From the human T2T-CHM13v2.0 reference genome, Homo sapiens: DNA of 64,000 nt. Shown piece after piece: positions 1-14,583 of the stretch. The stretch lies in NCBI RefSeq assembly GCF_009914755.1, contig NC_060925.1; one strand, given 5' to 3'. Made by a program: the position numbers and the translations under genes. How positions within the stretch are numbered: the first letter of the stretch is position 1; every line of letters starts with the position of its first letter. The notes below the pieces were generated by a model. That model was given only the letters and a program-made list of their open reading frames with translations. It made no database searches and was not told the origin of the DNA.

Positions 1-159
1 ACTCTGTTTTTGTGGTTAAGGACTCTAAAGTGCTGTGGGGAGTGATCAAGTTTTTCTCAGCGGTAACAATTCCAGTTACTGTCATCCCTCAGTCCTGATT
101 AAACCTATTTGATTTCACTAGTCTTCAACACATTATGTGTTTGGGTTTCTTCTCCTTAG

Positions 160-372
160 TCCCTGGCTCAACCTCTTCTGGCATAAATGTCAGCATGGCT
201 GTATCTGCCAGCCTTTTGTTGAGTGAGAGGGCAGAGATGAACATCCTAGAAATCAACCAAGAATTGCGCTCGCAGCTGGCATAGAGCAAACAGCAGTTCT
301 GAGACCTCAAAGAGAAATTTCTTATAACTCAAACTATTGCCTACTCCCTGGCCAACCAGCTGAAGAAGTACA
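160..372 (+). pseudogene. NBPF first coding exon (ATG 195), stops TAG 282 and TGA 300
   Basis: ttag| acceptor; [57 protein letters not shown]; |gtaaat donor. Confidence 0.9.
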
Positions 373-930
373 GTAAATTCTATAGGCTCACTATACCAAA
401 AATGATGAATGATCGCCCATCTTCTCCCTGAGAGATGAAATGCTCTCTTAATCAAAATTAATTTTATCCTTTCCATGCTTCTAGGAAAACAGAAGAGGAT
501 ATTTTAACCTCATTTTTTAAAAGATGGAAAACAGAGGCACAAAGTATTCAGCAACTTTTCCATGTTTGCAATTTGGTGTGGGGTGGGACTAGAGTTAAAA
601 TACCAGTTATTGATTTCTGACATAGGAACAGAACCACCTGTTTTTCTCAGCAAGAGGCTAAATCATGTTTACAAGAATTCTCTCTGTACCATATAAGATC
701 CTGCAGACAAGTAGCATCTAATCTGTGGCTCTACATATCTGGGACTAATGAATTTCCATTCAGTTCAGGCTGTTGAGGCCTGATAGGCAAAGTTCCATGC
801 TGAGGACCCTGGTGGAAACGTGGTGATAGCACACAGTACCAACTCCAAGGAGCTTAAAGAGGAGTCTGCACCTAATAGAAATTGTGGTATCCATAAGTGA
901 CAGCATCAAGAGCAGGGAATACCCTGGTGA

Positions 931-1356
<426 letters not shown>

Positions 1357-1699
1357 TAGTTTCCTGGGCTCCATCCAAGTTGCTCATCTTCTCTGTGCCT
1401 TAGTTTCCTCATCTGTTCATGGGTATTATAATAATACCTACCTTGGTAAATTGCTACAATGAATTATACAACCTATTGCTTGTAAACCTCCTGGAACAGT
1501 TGTTGGCACAGAGTAAACACTATTAGTTCTTCATTCTACGGTTTCTAACTTAACAGGAACTTGATTAGTATTTGGGCATATTTCCTTCATGACCTTATGG
1601 TCTTATGCCTCATATTTTATGCAATTATATCCAGATATGATTTTTAAAATCTTGCACATATTGGTGCTTAAAATTCCCAGTTAAAAAAGAAATCAGTCC

Positions 1700-2884
1700 T
1701 GTGAACACACAAAATCTGTGACAGGTCTCAGTTAATTTAGAAAGTTTATTTTGCCAAGGTTGAGGACGCACGTGGGACACAGCCTCAGGAAGTCCTGACG
1801 ACATGTGCCCAAGGTGGTCATGAGACATCAATTAATATATGTAAAAAGTGCATTTGTTCAGTCTGGAAAGGCGGGACAACTTGAAGCAAAGGCAGGAAGA
1901 TCCAAATTATATGATTTCTGAGTACTCTAAGTGTAAGCAGAAATTAACACCAGCTGGTTGTTAAATGCTTATTTTAGTCGTTTAAAAGGAATTTGCAAGA
2001 TACAATCCCAAACTAGTTTCTTAACTAGTGATTGGTCTCAGTCTGTAGACTGCTCTCTACCATCCTAGAAGAAGAGAAAACAACTCATCTTCCCTGTTGG
2101 AAGAAGCAAGCTCAAACTTCATAAAGGAGTTACCTCCATTCCATTGTCAAGGAAGCAGGAAAATTTGCCTTCCTGTTGAAAGCAAGTAAAACTCCAAAAA
2201 AAGAAGAGTTGTACAGTAAAATAAACTTAAGATCTCAACCAAATTTGGGGAGATCAGGGATTCTCTGGAGGGGGTGCTGTCAGATCTCAGCAAATTATCC
2301 TATTGGCTTGAGCCATAAAGTTAGCTCATGCTGGTACCAAGCACTGACAGGAGATTTGTCAAAGGTCAGGGGCATCTCCACTCAGAATCCCCCCGTGGTG
2401 GTTACCAAAATGTGAACCCAACAAATCTGAGACAGGTCTCAGTTGATTTAGAAGGTTTATTTTGCCAAGGTTGAGGACGCACAAGGACACAGCCTCAGGA
2501 GGTCCTGACGACATGTACCCAAGGTGGTTGGGGCACGGCTTAGTTTTATACATTTAGGGAGACATGAGACATCAACCAATATATGTAAGAAGTAAATTGG
2601 TTCAGTCTGGAAAGACAGGAAATCTTGAAGGAAAGGCAGGAAAACTCAAAGTGGAGAGGGAGCTTCCATGGGAGGGAGCTTCCAGGTCACAGATGGGTGA
2701 CACACAAATGGTTACATTATTTTGAGTATCTGATTAGCCTTTCCAAAGTAGTCAAATCAGATATACATCTATCTCAGTGAGCAGAGGAGTGATTGAATAG
2801 AATGGGAGGCAGGTTTGCCTTAAGCAGTTCCCAGCTTGAGTTTTCCTTAGTGATTTTGGAGGCCCAAGATATTTTCCTTTCACA
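1700..2884 (-). mobile_element. Internally deleted MER4-group ERV1 provirus: full MER4A-type LTR 2411-2884, short internal piece, partial second LTR 1700-1900
   Basis: Two direct LTR copies (gacaggtctcagtt..tttattttgccaaggttgaggacgcac); TG..CA termini; 4-bp TSD GTCC at 1696-1699 and 2885-2888. Confidence 0.75.
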
Positions 2885-3270
2885 GTCCCATAGTCCTAGA
2901 AGCCTTCCTAGCTGTACAGAAAATCACTACTTTATGCCCCAGTGCAGGAGAGGCTGCAAGGCTTGGGAAAGTGTCCCATGATTCAGAGTCAGACCTCAGG
3001 GGCTGTGAATTCTGACCCTACCTCATTCCAGGTGAATCATCTTGTCAAGTTGCTTGGTGGGCCCCTGAGCTTTTTTCCTATCTCTAAGTTGGGGAGTATC
3101 AGATGCCAGGAAGTGAGGAGACTGAAGAGTAAAGATGTGCAATCCCTGCCTAGAGCCTGGTACTGGGGACAGTTTTGTCCTTGGGATGGACCTGGCTCCT
3201 GCCCTGTAGGCAGTGACTGCAACAGCATGTCCAGCCTTCCGCTGAGGCAGGTGTGTCTGTCTTTTCTCAG

Positions 3271-3373
3271 AGTGTGAAGAGTGCAAAGACCTCATAAAAT
3301 CTAGGCTGAGGGATGAGCTGCAGTTCAAGGAGGAGAAGCTGGCAGAGAAGCTCAGGCAAGCTGGAAAGCTCAG
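3271..3373 (+). pseudogene. NBPF exon 2 (coiled-coil)
   Basis: ctcag|..[34 protein letters not shown]|gtgagg, 103 nt. Confidence 0.9.
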
Positions 3374-4161
3374 GTGAGGGGGCCCCATTGGGGGCAGGCA
3401 GGTGGGCAGGAGTGTGAATCTCTGTGCAGCAGCTCAGCGGGGGAGAAGTAAGAGCTAAGCCGAGCCAGGGGAAGGGCAGGAATTGCCATGGCAGACACAT
3501 GTCACACAAATATTTATAAAACAGAGAACAATAATAGTAATTTATGGGTTGCAGTTATTTCTCAGAGCCTCGTTTTCTCTTTTTCTAACAAGTAATTGTT
3601 GAGGTGAAATTTGCATAACACAAAATTAACCAAAGGAAAGTGAACTACCCAGCAGCATTCAGTATACTCAAGATGCTGTGCGATCACCACTGCATTTACT
3701 CTTAGTCAGAATCAACTCCTAACTGACTTGGACTTCTCATTTCTTCAACCACTATTGCCTTCTTGACACTGTCATTCTTTTATTCTTTCATGTTTCCAGT
3801 TGTACCTGGCCACATTTCTGTGCACGGCTTTGTGTCCAGTCACTGAATAATGCACGATGTGTATTTTAACATGAAAATGTCCACAGGCAAAATGAGAAAT
3901 TGAAAGAAAATCCTTTTGGAACTGATTTGATTACAGAAGAAAAAGATGAATGGAATGTTGAAAAATCTTCCTGGAGCTCTCTCTCTCTATCGCAGTGGGG
4001 AAGACCTGTTTTTTTAAAAAAATACATTTTTCTTTCTCTTTGCAACAGGCATTTCCTTTAATATGTGCTGACTTTCTGCGTGGAGGGCTCCTTTGTTTCG
4101 ATATTAGAACTGATCACTCATCTCTTTCCACTACTAAATTTTCTCTACTATCCCACCTTAG

Positions 4162-4359
4162 GCAATATAAAGTCTCTGTTCACTCCCAGGCCCGAGAGCC
4201 GGCCCAGTTACAGGACAAGTTACGGGAAGGGAGAGATGCCTTCCTCTTACTGAATCAGCATCTCAAGGCCCTCCTCACTCCTGATGATTCTGACAACTCC
4301 CAGGGGCAGGACCTCTGAGAGCAGGCTGGCTGAGCACCTTGTCCACAAGCTCAACCCAG
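4162..4359 (+). pseudogene. NBPF exon 3, with stop, small deletion and donor GT>AT
   Basis: [51 protein letters not shown]; ends cccag|ataagg instead of gtaagg. Confidence 0.85.
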
Positions 4360-5421
4360 ATAAGGAGACCACAGGCCCTGATGACACAAAACCCCAGGCT
4401 TGTGAGAGACTCTACACCTCCATACCTCCACAATGACAGTTACATAGGTGGTGTTTCTTTCCATTAAACATATGTGGCCATGACATGACCAGGACTTCCT
4501 GGGTAGGAACAGAGACAAGAAGTCCATGGGGTTAGAGGTCACAGTATTGCAAATGTCTCCTCCTCCTTGATAGTCACGTTCTTTGGAGCAAGAGGCCATA
4601 TCCATTCAGTTTTAAAGGATAGGAAGGAGGCTGTGACAGGAGGCAACTTGTTAGAGTAAAAAGAGTCCTGGATTAAGAATGAAGTTTCCCAGGCTGTATC
4701 TTCAGCAATGTCCTTAGTAACCTTGGGTGAGTGATTGATTTATCCTTTCTGGATTTCTTTGTCTAAATCTCTACAGGGGTCAAAATGTCTCTTCAATGGT
4801 AGATACAGCATTCAAATATGGGAACACTTATGATTACATTTCAAAATAAGATGAAGCCCCTCACCGTGTGGTGTTGGAGAAGGCACTTGATGTGGGGGCA
4901 TTTGGTGGTAGGAAGTGCTTCAGACTGGAGCACTCCCCATGGAGAGAATGTCCCTGAATAACACAGCAGAAGCCAACTTGGAGGGCTTGTGAAGTCTCCC
5001 AATGCATGGAGAAAGGTGGGACAAGGCTGTTTGTCCTCCCGTAAGAGAAAGAAATATATTCTAAATGTGAGAGTTGTGACAGGACACCGATCCTGTGCCT
5101 GGGAATCAGATCTGTGGCAGGATGGGGAAGACAGCTGCCAAAGTCCAGAAAGATGCTGGACAAGCCTCCAGTGATACGGGGAGCAAAAGGTCTTTTCAAT
5201 ATTTGGCCACAGCTTGATGGTGGCCCTCCAGATCAGAAATTCATTGCCTGATGGATCAGGAAACCATACCAGGGAATTTTGTTAAAGATAAAACATGAGA
5301 GCTTTCAGCACAATGCTGACCCATACATAGATGTTAATGTCTCTGTGCACATAGGGCTTGCTGTACTTGCAGTGTGTGAAGTGAGGAATATCTAAATGGA
5401 CACTTCTATATTTGTTTGCAG

Positions 5422-6860
<1,439 letters not shown>

Positions 6861-7399
6861 GTAGACTCTATATTCCCTGTCCCTCATACCTCTGTCTAGG
6901 CTGAGGAAGATCAACTCTGAAAAAGAGCTCTATACAAACAAATTGGTTTGAATTAGAAATTAGGATGGGGTACTAAACACAGATATCAGGAGGTTTAGGG
7001 AGTTTTCCTCTCCTCCTCAGCCCATGTCATGCCTCTGTCTCCCTGTTCCCAGTGTCATGGACCCCAGGCAATTGGGACAAACTCATAGTCACCTTTGTCC
7101 AGGAGGTGTGCAGGAGGTATCTATCAAGCCTCCTAGCTTAGATCCAATATCTCTCATCACCTGTCATTATGTCATCTGTCCCTGAACAAAGTCCATGGAG
7201 TTTTTATGCCTTTTTAAGGAAACTGGCAGCCTTGCGTTTGTATTTGGAGATATTGTTCCCTGAGTTTCACTGCTCTCAGCTTCAGTCTTGATCTCCTTTA
7301 AGTCAGCTTGCTTAGCTGCACAGTCACCTTGAAACCAGGATGGAAACATTTATTCTTTACCTTGCTGATATGTTTCCACAGAGCAAGGTTGGGCCCTGA

Positions 7400-7705
<306 letters not shown>

Positions 7706-8127
7706 TGCAGATTATTTTTTAAGACAGAGTTGTTAGAATTTATCCAACAGTCTAGTCTCATACATAGATGCCTTTAAACATTCAATGACCATATTATCTG
7801 GTGAGATAAGTCAGTATTGCAGCAACACTCTCAGAAAGTAGCTTGACCAAGTTTTGGAGATTTTTTGGGAAAAAATTTTGTTTAACTTGCATAGACTCAG
7901 GCAGGGAATGTGGCATTACGGTCTACACATAGAGGGAGATTTTGGCCTGTGGGTCTGGAAAGCAGGCTCATCTACTTCACACAAGACTTAATCTATAACA
8001 TTCCTGTCAGAATCCATATTCTCGCACTGAGAATATTTATGTCCTTGTGCTATGACTGGACACTTATTTGGTCATATGTGAAGTGTGATTTGCTGAATGT
8101 GACCTGCTTCTCTGAATTTATTTACAG

Positions 8128-9133
8128 AAAATCAAAGTAATCACGAGGAAGAGGAAGAAAAAGGGCCAGCGTCTCCCAGGTAACGCTGTGTAATTGTGAG
8201 CTATTAGTTCAATAGTGATGCTTGGAGACTGCAGATCCAGGGAAAATGAGGAAATGATGAATAGAACAATTTCTTCCATTAACCCCACCACAAATTGTCC
8301 TTATTAACACTGTTGTGGGTTATTCATGGCACTTGTGTTGGTTTTAATTTTGTAGTCCTCTCAAGGTAGGAACCTGCAATCAGATGAGCCAGGTGAACTA
8401 ACCAAACAGGGATTTCTTGGTATTGCCTGTTCTCTCCCATGTGTTTAAATCCAGGGAGAGATGTATATATGCTTTCTGCCCATTTGTTGTTAGTATCTTT
8501 GCTAGTATTTGCACAAGAAAAGAAATTCAAAAATAAACATATATATCAAAATATTGGGAAAAGGGGGCCCTTAATACACAAGATCTGTGTGTCTGCACTG
8601 CCTCAAGAGCTCTGTTCACTTGAATGCTGCATGTAAAATTCAACCCAATTTATGCAAAGTGGTTGAAGCCCTGTGTTAGTTCTCTGTGTTGCAAGTCATG
8701 ATGGTAGTTTACACGGAGAGTCTGGGTGCCCTGCAGTGGCTCATCTGTGGCAAATGCACTGAGCATGACCTGCACATTTTTGCTCTGTCCCCAGAGCAGT
8801 CACCCTCTACCCTGCATTTAGAAGGATAGCTTTTTTTCTCTTGAAGGAAAAATGCCTTTGCTTTTTGTGACCACTCGATTCTGTTTCCCATTGGATCAGC
8901 TGAAAGGCCTTGTTGTCTAATCTCTGTTGGTTAAATCTTCTGTCATCCCTGTCCTGCCTGGCTCATCAGGAATCTGCAGGAGACTGAAGAGGAGGAAGCC
9001 CCTCAGGAGTCCTAGGATGAAGGTTATTCGACTCTATTAATTCCTCCTGACATATCTGCCTTGTACCAGTCTTACAGGAGCACCTTTCACTCATTAGAGG
9101 AACAGCAAGTTGGCTTGGCTCTTGACATAGGTA
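8128..9133 (+). pseudogene. Olduvai doublet 2 (CON2-type): exons 8128-8179 and 8970-9133
   Basis: ENQSNHEEEEEKGPASPR + [53 protein letters not shown]; W>stop at 9013. Confidence 0.9.
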
Positions 9134-10175
9134 GTGAGTACTCCATTGTGAAGGTGATAAAGCTCCAGTTAGCATCCCAGGTAGACCCCGTAATCTTTGG
9201 GCCTTGTGCCCCTGGTTGGACTGAGAGTTGCCATCACTGCGGGCTGAACCTATATATCAATGTAGATTTCAATCACTCTGGAGTCGAGTCTGAAGCACAG
9301 GCATGGGGTGGGTCAGTGAGCTTGGATCTCTTCCTAGTCTTAGGCCATGCCTGTGCCACCCTGGACTGACTGTCAGGACATTGAACTCAAGGCAGGTGTG
9401 GCAAACTCACACCAAGCTCTGCAGCACATGCCCAGGAGTTGTCTGTCAGATCAGCTCATCTGAATTAAATGTCTCTTGCCAGCTACAAAATTCCTTATGA
9501 GTTTTGTTGCCCAAGCAGGTCTGTGTGGTTCTTTACCTGCCCAAGGCCAGTGTCACCCTTGTCTACCTCTCAGTGGAAGATGTGACCCAGGTTTCACTGA
9601 ATTTATCTCCATTTTCTGTGTCTTCTAAGTTGGCTTGTTTTAGCTCATCTGTCCATCATCTTGCTGGTATGTTTTCTAGATAAACAGTTGACTTTTCACT
9701 CACAAAAGCCATAATAGCTGATGCTTCTGTGTAGCACCAAGACTCATTCTGACTCAAGAGCTGGTACATTGCACCCATCCAACAAATCTCAGTGTCCACA
9801 ATCTCATAAACTATCAAATTCTGGGTATTTGATGAGAGAAAGCTTAATATTGAAGTATCTCTCCTACGAGGTGTTAGAACTATTTGCCTACAATTTATTG
9901 GGGAAAATATTGCTCATTTGTGTACACAGACCTAGGACAGAGCACATAGGGAAGATAACATTCCAAAACAGGGGAATTTTGCCCAAGGCTCATGAAAGAA
10001 CCCAAGCCAGTTTTCTCAAGACTTGACCTCAGGCCTACTGGAATATTTCTCTGAAAGTCTCCTGTTCTCACACTGAGAAGACTGAAGTCCCTGTGTTAGG
10101 ATTGGACAGAGGAATGTTTCTGTGTGCAAGGAAGAACTGCTTAATGTAAGAGGCCCCATCTGAATTTATTTGCAG

Positions 10176-11005
10176 GACCTCAGTGTGATCAAGTGAAAAA
10201 GGATGATCGAGAGGCAACATGTCCCAGGTGAGTCTGAGAAATTGTGGGCAGTTAATTTGGTGTTGACACCTGGAGATGCCAAGTCCAGGGAAAACAGAAC
10301 ATGCTGAAAATAATGATTTCATTCTTGTCAGCCAAGCCTGAATTACTCCTACTAATATTGCTGTTGCTTTTCATTGCAGTAAATGTTTAGGTTTCCATTT
10401 CTTCCTACCCTTATCATTTTCTAACCTAGTGAAGGTTGGCCATACCTCAAAAGCTGTATTCTCATGGCGACTGCACAGAAACTTGAGCACATTTTATGGA
10501 AAATTATTGAGCCCACTCTATTCATGCTCACTGTTTGCTGTGTGTCCTCAGGGCACCAACTCAGAGTGTCCTTTAACTCCCTCATCAGTGTGTCACCTGG
10601 ACAATTCACTAAGTTCTCTTTGTCTGTCTCTCTTTCTTTCTGTCTGTATTTCTCTTTCATCATTTACTACCCAGCCATGGCCTATTCCAATATAAAGGCA
10701 ATAATTTGTTACCTCATTAATGGATCTATCCCTTTTCTTTTTTAACCACTTCTTTATGCCCCATGAAATCTAGCTGGGGCTCTGTGGTTTCTCATTTTCC
10801 CTCACTTACCCTTAGTTTTTCCTACTTCTTCAAGCTCAGCAGGGAGCTGTTGGAAGTGGAAGAGCCTGAAGTCTTGCAGGACTCACTGGATAGATATTAT
10901 TCGACTCCTACCAGTTATCTTGAACTGCCTGACTCATGCCAGCCCTACAGAAGTACTTTTACTCATTGGAGGAACAGCATGTTGGCTTGGCTCTTGATGG
11001 GGACA
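10176..11005 (+). pseudogene. Olduvai doublet 3 (HLS-like): exons 10176-10227 and 10834-11005
   Basis: PQCDQVKKDDREATCPR + [40 protein letters not shown]; acceptor ttcaa| (AG lost) and a 1-nt deletion. Confidence 0.88.
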
Positions 11006-11711
11006 GTGAGTACCTTACTATGAAGGTGATAGGGCTCCACCTGGTCTTCTGGATAGGGGTCATATTCCTGCTCCAAGTGGCCCTTACTGACCCGAGATGT
11101 CATTGCCACAGGGAGGACCTATAGGTGCATGTAGGTTGTAATGAAACTCTAGCTACACTTGGAAGCCCAGACATAGGATGGGCCAGTGAACATGGTTCTA
11201 TTCCTAGTCTCCAGCCATGCCTGTGGCAACCTGAGCCCACTCTCAACACATTGGACCCAGGCAGATGTAAAAAATTCACAGAACTATGATTTGGACTCAA
11301 GGGTTTGTAGGTTTCCTCCTTCATTCTAATTTCAGTGTCTAAAATTCTTGCATTCATGAATGAGCTGGGTATTTGATGATACAGGGCTGAATACTGCAGT
11401 TTTCCTCCTAGAAATCATCTGGGACATTTTCTTTGAATCGATGGGAACAATAAGGCATAACTGTTTCCACAACTTGGGATAAATGATTTTGGGATAACGA
11501 TCTACCAGAATGGGGATATTTCACCCTTGGTTCTGAGATGCAAATCAAAGAATATCATGACCAGCTTTCAGGCCTCCTGAAGTATATCTCTCACATTGTC
11601 CTGTTCTCATGCTGAGGAGCCTGAGATCCCTGTGTGGGGATTAGACAGTGGGCTGTTATGGGTGTAGGTGAATTGGCTTATTTTGTCTGTCTCTGTCTGA
11701 ATGTATTGCAG

Positions 11712-12555
11712 GTATTAAAAAGGACCAAGAAGAGGAAGAAGACCAAGGCCCACCAGGCCCCGGGTAACTTTGAGCAATTGTGAACAGCTACTTCTCTGTT
11801 GACACTTTGAGACTCCTGGTTCAGAGAAAACAGAGCAGGCTGACAATATCGATTACATCTTTTCAACCAAGCCTGAATTATTCCTACTAACATTGCTGTT
11901 GGTTTTCATTGCAATAGATATTTAGGTTTCCATTTCTTCCTCCCCTTATCATTTACTAACCTACCGTAGGTGGACCATACTTCAAAAGCTGTATTCTCAT
12001 GGCAACTGCATGGAAACTTAAGCACATTTTATGGAAAATTATTGAGCCCATTCTTTTCATGATCACTGTACACTGTGTGTCCTGAGGGCACTAACTCGGA
12101 GTGTCCTATTACTCCCTCATCAGTGTGTCACCTGGACAATTCACTAAGCTCTTTCTCTCTCTCTCTCTTTCTGTCTCTCTCTCTGTCTCTCTGTCTGTCT
12201 TTCTCTTTCATCCTTTTCCATTTGGCCCTGTTCTGTCCCAAGATATAGCCAATAATTTGTTACCTCATTAATGGATGTATCCTTTTCTTTTTATAACTAC
12301 TACCTTATGCTACTCATGAAATCTAGCTGGGGCTCTGTGGTGTCTGATTTTCTTTGGCTTACTCTTTAATTTTTCCCACTTTTCCAGGCTCAGCAGTGAG
12401 CTGCTGGAAGGGGAAGGGCCTGAAGTCTTGCAGGACTCACTGGATAGATGTTATTCAACATCTTCCAGTTGAACTGCGTGACTCATGCCAGTCCTACAGA
12501 AGTGCCTTTTACTCATTGGAGGAATAGCATGTTGGCTTGGCTCTTTACGTGGACA
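11712..12555 (+). pseudogene. Olduvai doublet 4 (HLS3-type short exon, CON3-position long exon): exons 11712-11763 and 12388-12555
   Basis: IKKDQEEEEDQGPPGPR + [26 protein letters not shown], ~5-nt deletion, TAG 12525, ends ALYVD|gtaggt. Confidence 0.88.
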
Positions 12556-13598
12556 GTAGGTTCCTTACTATGAAGGTGATAAGGCTCCACCTGGTCTTCC
12601 GGATAGGGGTCATATTCCTGCACTGAGCAGCCCTTACTGAGCTGAGAGATGTCGTTGCCACAGGCAGGACCTATAGGCGCCTGTAGGTTTGAATGAAACC
12701 CTAGTTCCAGTTGGAAGCCCAGACATAGGATGGGTCAGTGGGCATGGCTCTATTCCTATTCTCAGACCATGCCAGTGGCAACCTGTGCTCAGTCTGAAGA
12801 CATTAGACCCAAGTTAGTTGTGACACGTTCACATAACTATGCAGCACATGCCGGGAGTAATCTATCAGACATTTTAATTTGAGCCACATATCTCTGGGTA
12901 GCTACAAAGTTCCTCAGGGATTTCATTTTGCAGGCATGTCTCTGAGCTTCAATACCTGCTCAAGGTCAAAGTCATCTTTGTGTACAGCTCATGCAAAGGT
13001 GTTACCCTGGTTTTAATTAACCTAACCTCATTCTTTGTATCTTCAATGTCTGCTTGTTTTAGCTGATCTGTCTGTTACCTTTTGTTTTGGTTTTGGAAGC
13101 AAGACTGAGCCCTGTCACGTTTTTGATGCCATGAATAACCAATGTTTTTTTAAAGAACCAAAGAGTTATTTTTGACTCTAGGGTTTGTTAATTTTCTCCC
13201 TCATTGTAATTTCAGTGTCTAAAATCCTCGCCTTTGTGAACAAGCTGGGTATTTGATGAGACAGGACTGAATACTGCAGTCTTTTTTTCCAGAAATTATT
13301 TTGCGTGTTTGCTTTGAATTGATAGGGAAAATATTGCATAACTGTTGCACAAACTCAGGACAGATGATACTGGGATAATGATCTACCAGAACAGGGGACA
13401 TTTCACCCTTAGGTTCAGAGACAAAAACCAAGGAATCTGTATCATGTCTGACCCTCAGGCCTCCTGGAATATATCTCTCACAGTGTCCTCTTCTCATGCT
13501 CAGGAGACAGATGTTCCTGTTTTAGGATTGGACAGTGGATTGTTGCATGAATAGGGGAATAGACTTAATGTGTCTGTCCCTGTCTGACTTTGTTGCAG

Positions 13599-14583
13599 AC
13601 ATTGAAAAAAATCAAGAAGAAGAAGAAGACCAAGACCCACAATGCCCCAGGTAACTTTGAGCAATTGCAGACATTTAATTTATTTTTGATATCTGGAGAT
13701 GCCAGATACAGGGATAACAGAACATACCTGTCCATTCATTCAGCCAACTATGAAATCGCCATATTAGTAATGTTAAGATTATCAGTGTGGAATAATTATT
13801 AAGCAGGATTATTAGTCATATTAATATTATTGGTACAATATTAATAAAGTTGCCTCTTTTCATTTTACACCTATATTTGTATTTGTTTCTCTTATTGATT
13901 CCTTCAAAATTGTACTAATCTTTATTCAATTGACTTTGTTGAACTGATCAATCACATTTTCTGCAGTTTCCTTTTCTGCCTTTTTGGCTTAAAGTGAACT
14001 TGAGATGCTCATCCAATGTCTGGGTCTTTGCCATTATATTGGCAAATATCTGAGAGCAGGAATGTGAATACACATAATTCATATCATGCCAAAATTTTGA
14101 GAACAAGAGGTGTTGAGGTCACAGTAACTCTATCAGTCTATGAAGACACAAGGGTCTGCTGCATGTGCCATGTCATAGCTCTTTGGTAGAGGGATCATTC
14201 CATCTCCTTCCTTTCCAGCTCACTGTCTACCCAGAGCACTGAGCACCTGCTGCTCTGTCTCCTGCTGGAGACAGAGAAGGATCATTCTCTGCCTGAGGGG
14301 ACTGTTTTTTGCTTCCTCTGGCTTCTCCTGTCAGACTCTCTGTAGAATCAGTTGGGCACTGTAGTTTCTGTTCCCTCTAATGTTTATCTTCTGTGTTCTT
14401 CACCCACCAGGCTGAGCCCGGATCTGCCAGAGGTGGAGGAACAGGACGTCCCACAGGACTCCCTGGATGAAGTTTACTTGACTCCTTCACTCCCCCATGA
14501 CCTGTCTGACTGCCAGCAACCTTACAACAGCACGTTGTACTCATTGGAGGATCAGCTCACCTGCTTTGCTCTCGATGTAGCCT
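13599..14583 (+). pseudogene. Olduvai doublet 5 (NBPF4/6-type): exons 13599-13650 and 14411-14583, open frame
   Basis: IEKNQEEEEDQDPQCPR + LSPDLPEVEEQDVPQDSLDEVYLTPSLPHDLSDCQQPYNSTLYSLEDQLTCFALDVA; intact AG/GT. Confidence 0.88.

Larger units (their letters stand above)
10030..13650 (+). repeat. Tandem ~1.5-1.9 kb Olduvai genomic units (introns homologous)
   Basis: Intron blocks repeat, e.g. tttaggtttccatttcttcc..aaagctgtattctcatggc at ~10385 and ~11920, and aatttcagtgtctaaaat at ~11328 and ~13208. Confidence 0.85.

Noticed and set aside
370-379. NBPF exon-1 donor GTAAAT matches the variant U1's predicted +1..+6 preference
   Set aside because: A 6-nt match is common and the exonic positions do not pair; likely coincidence.
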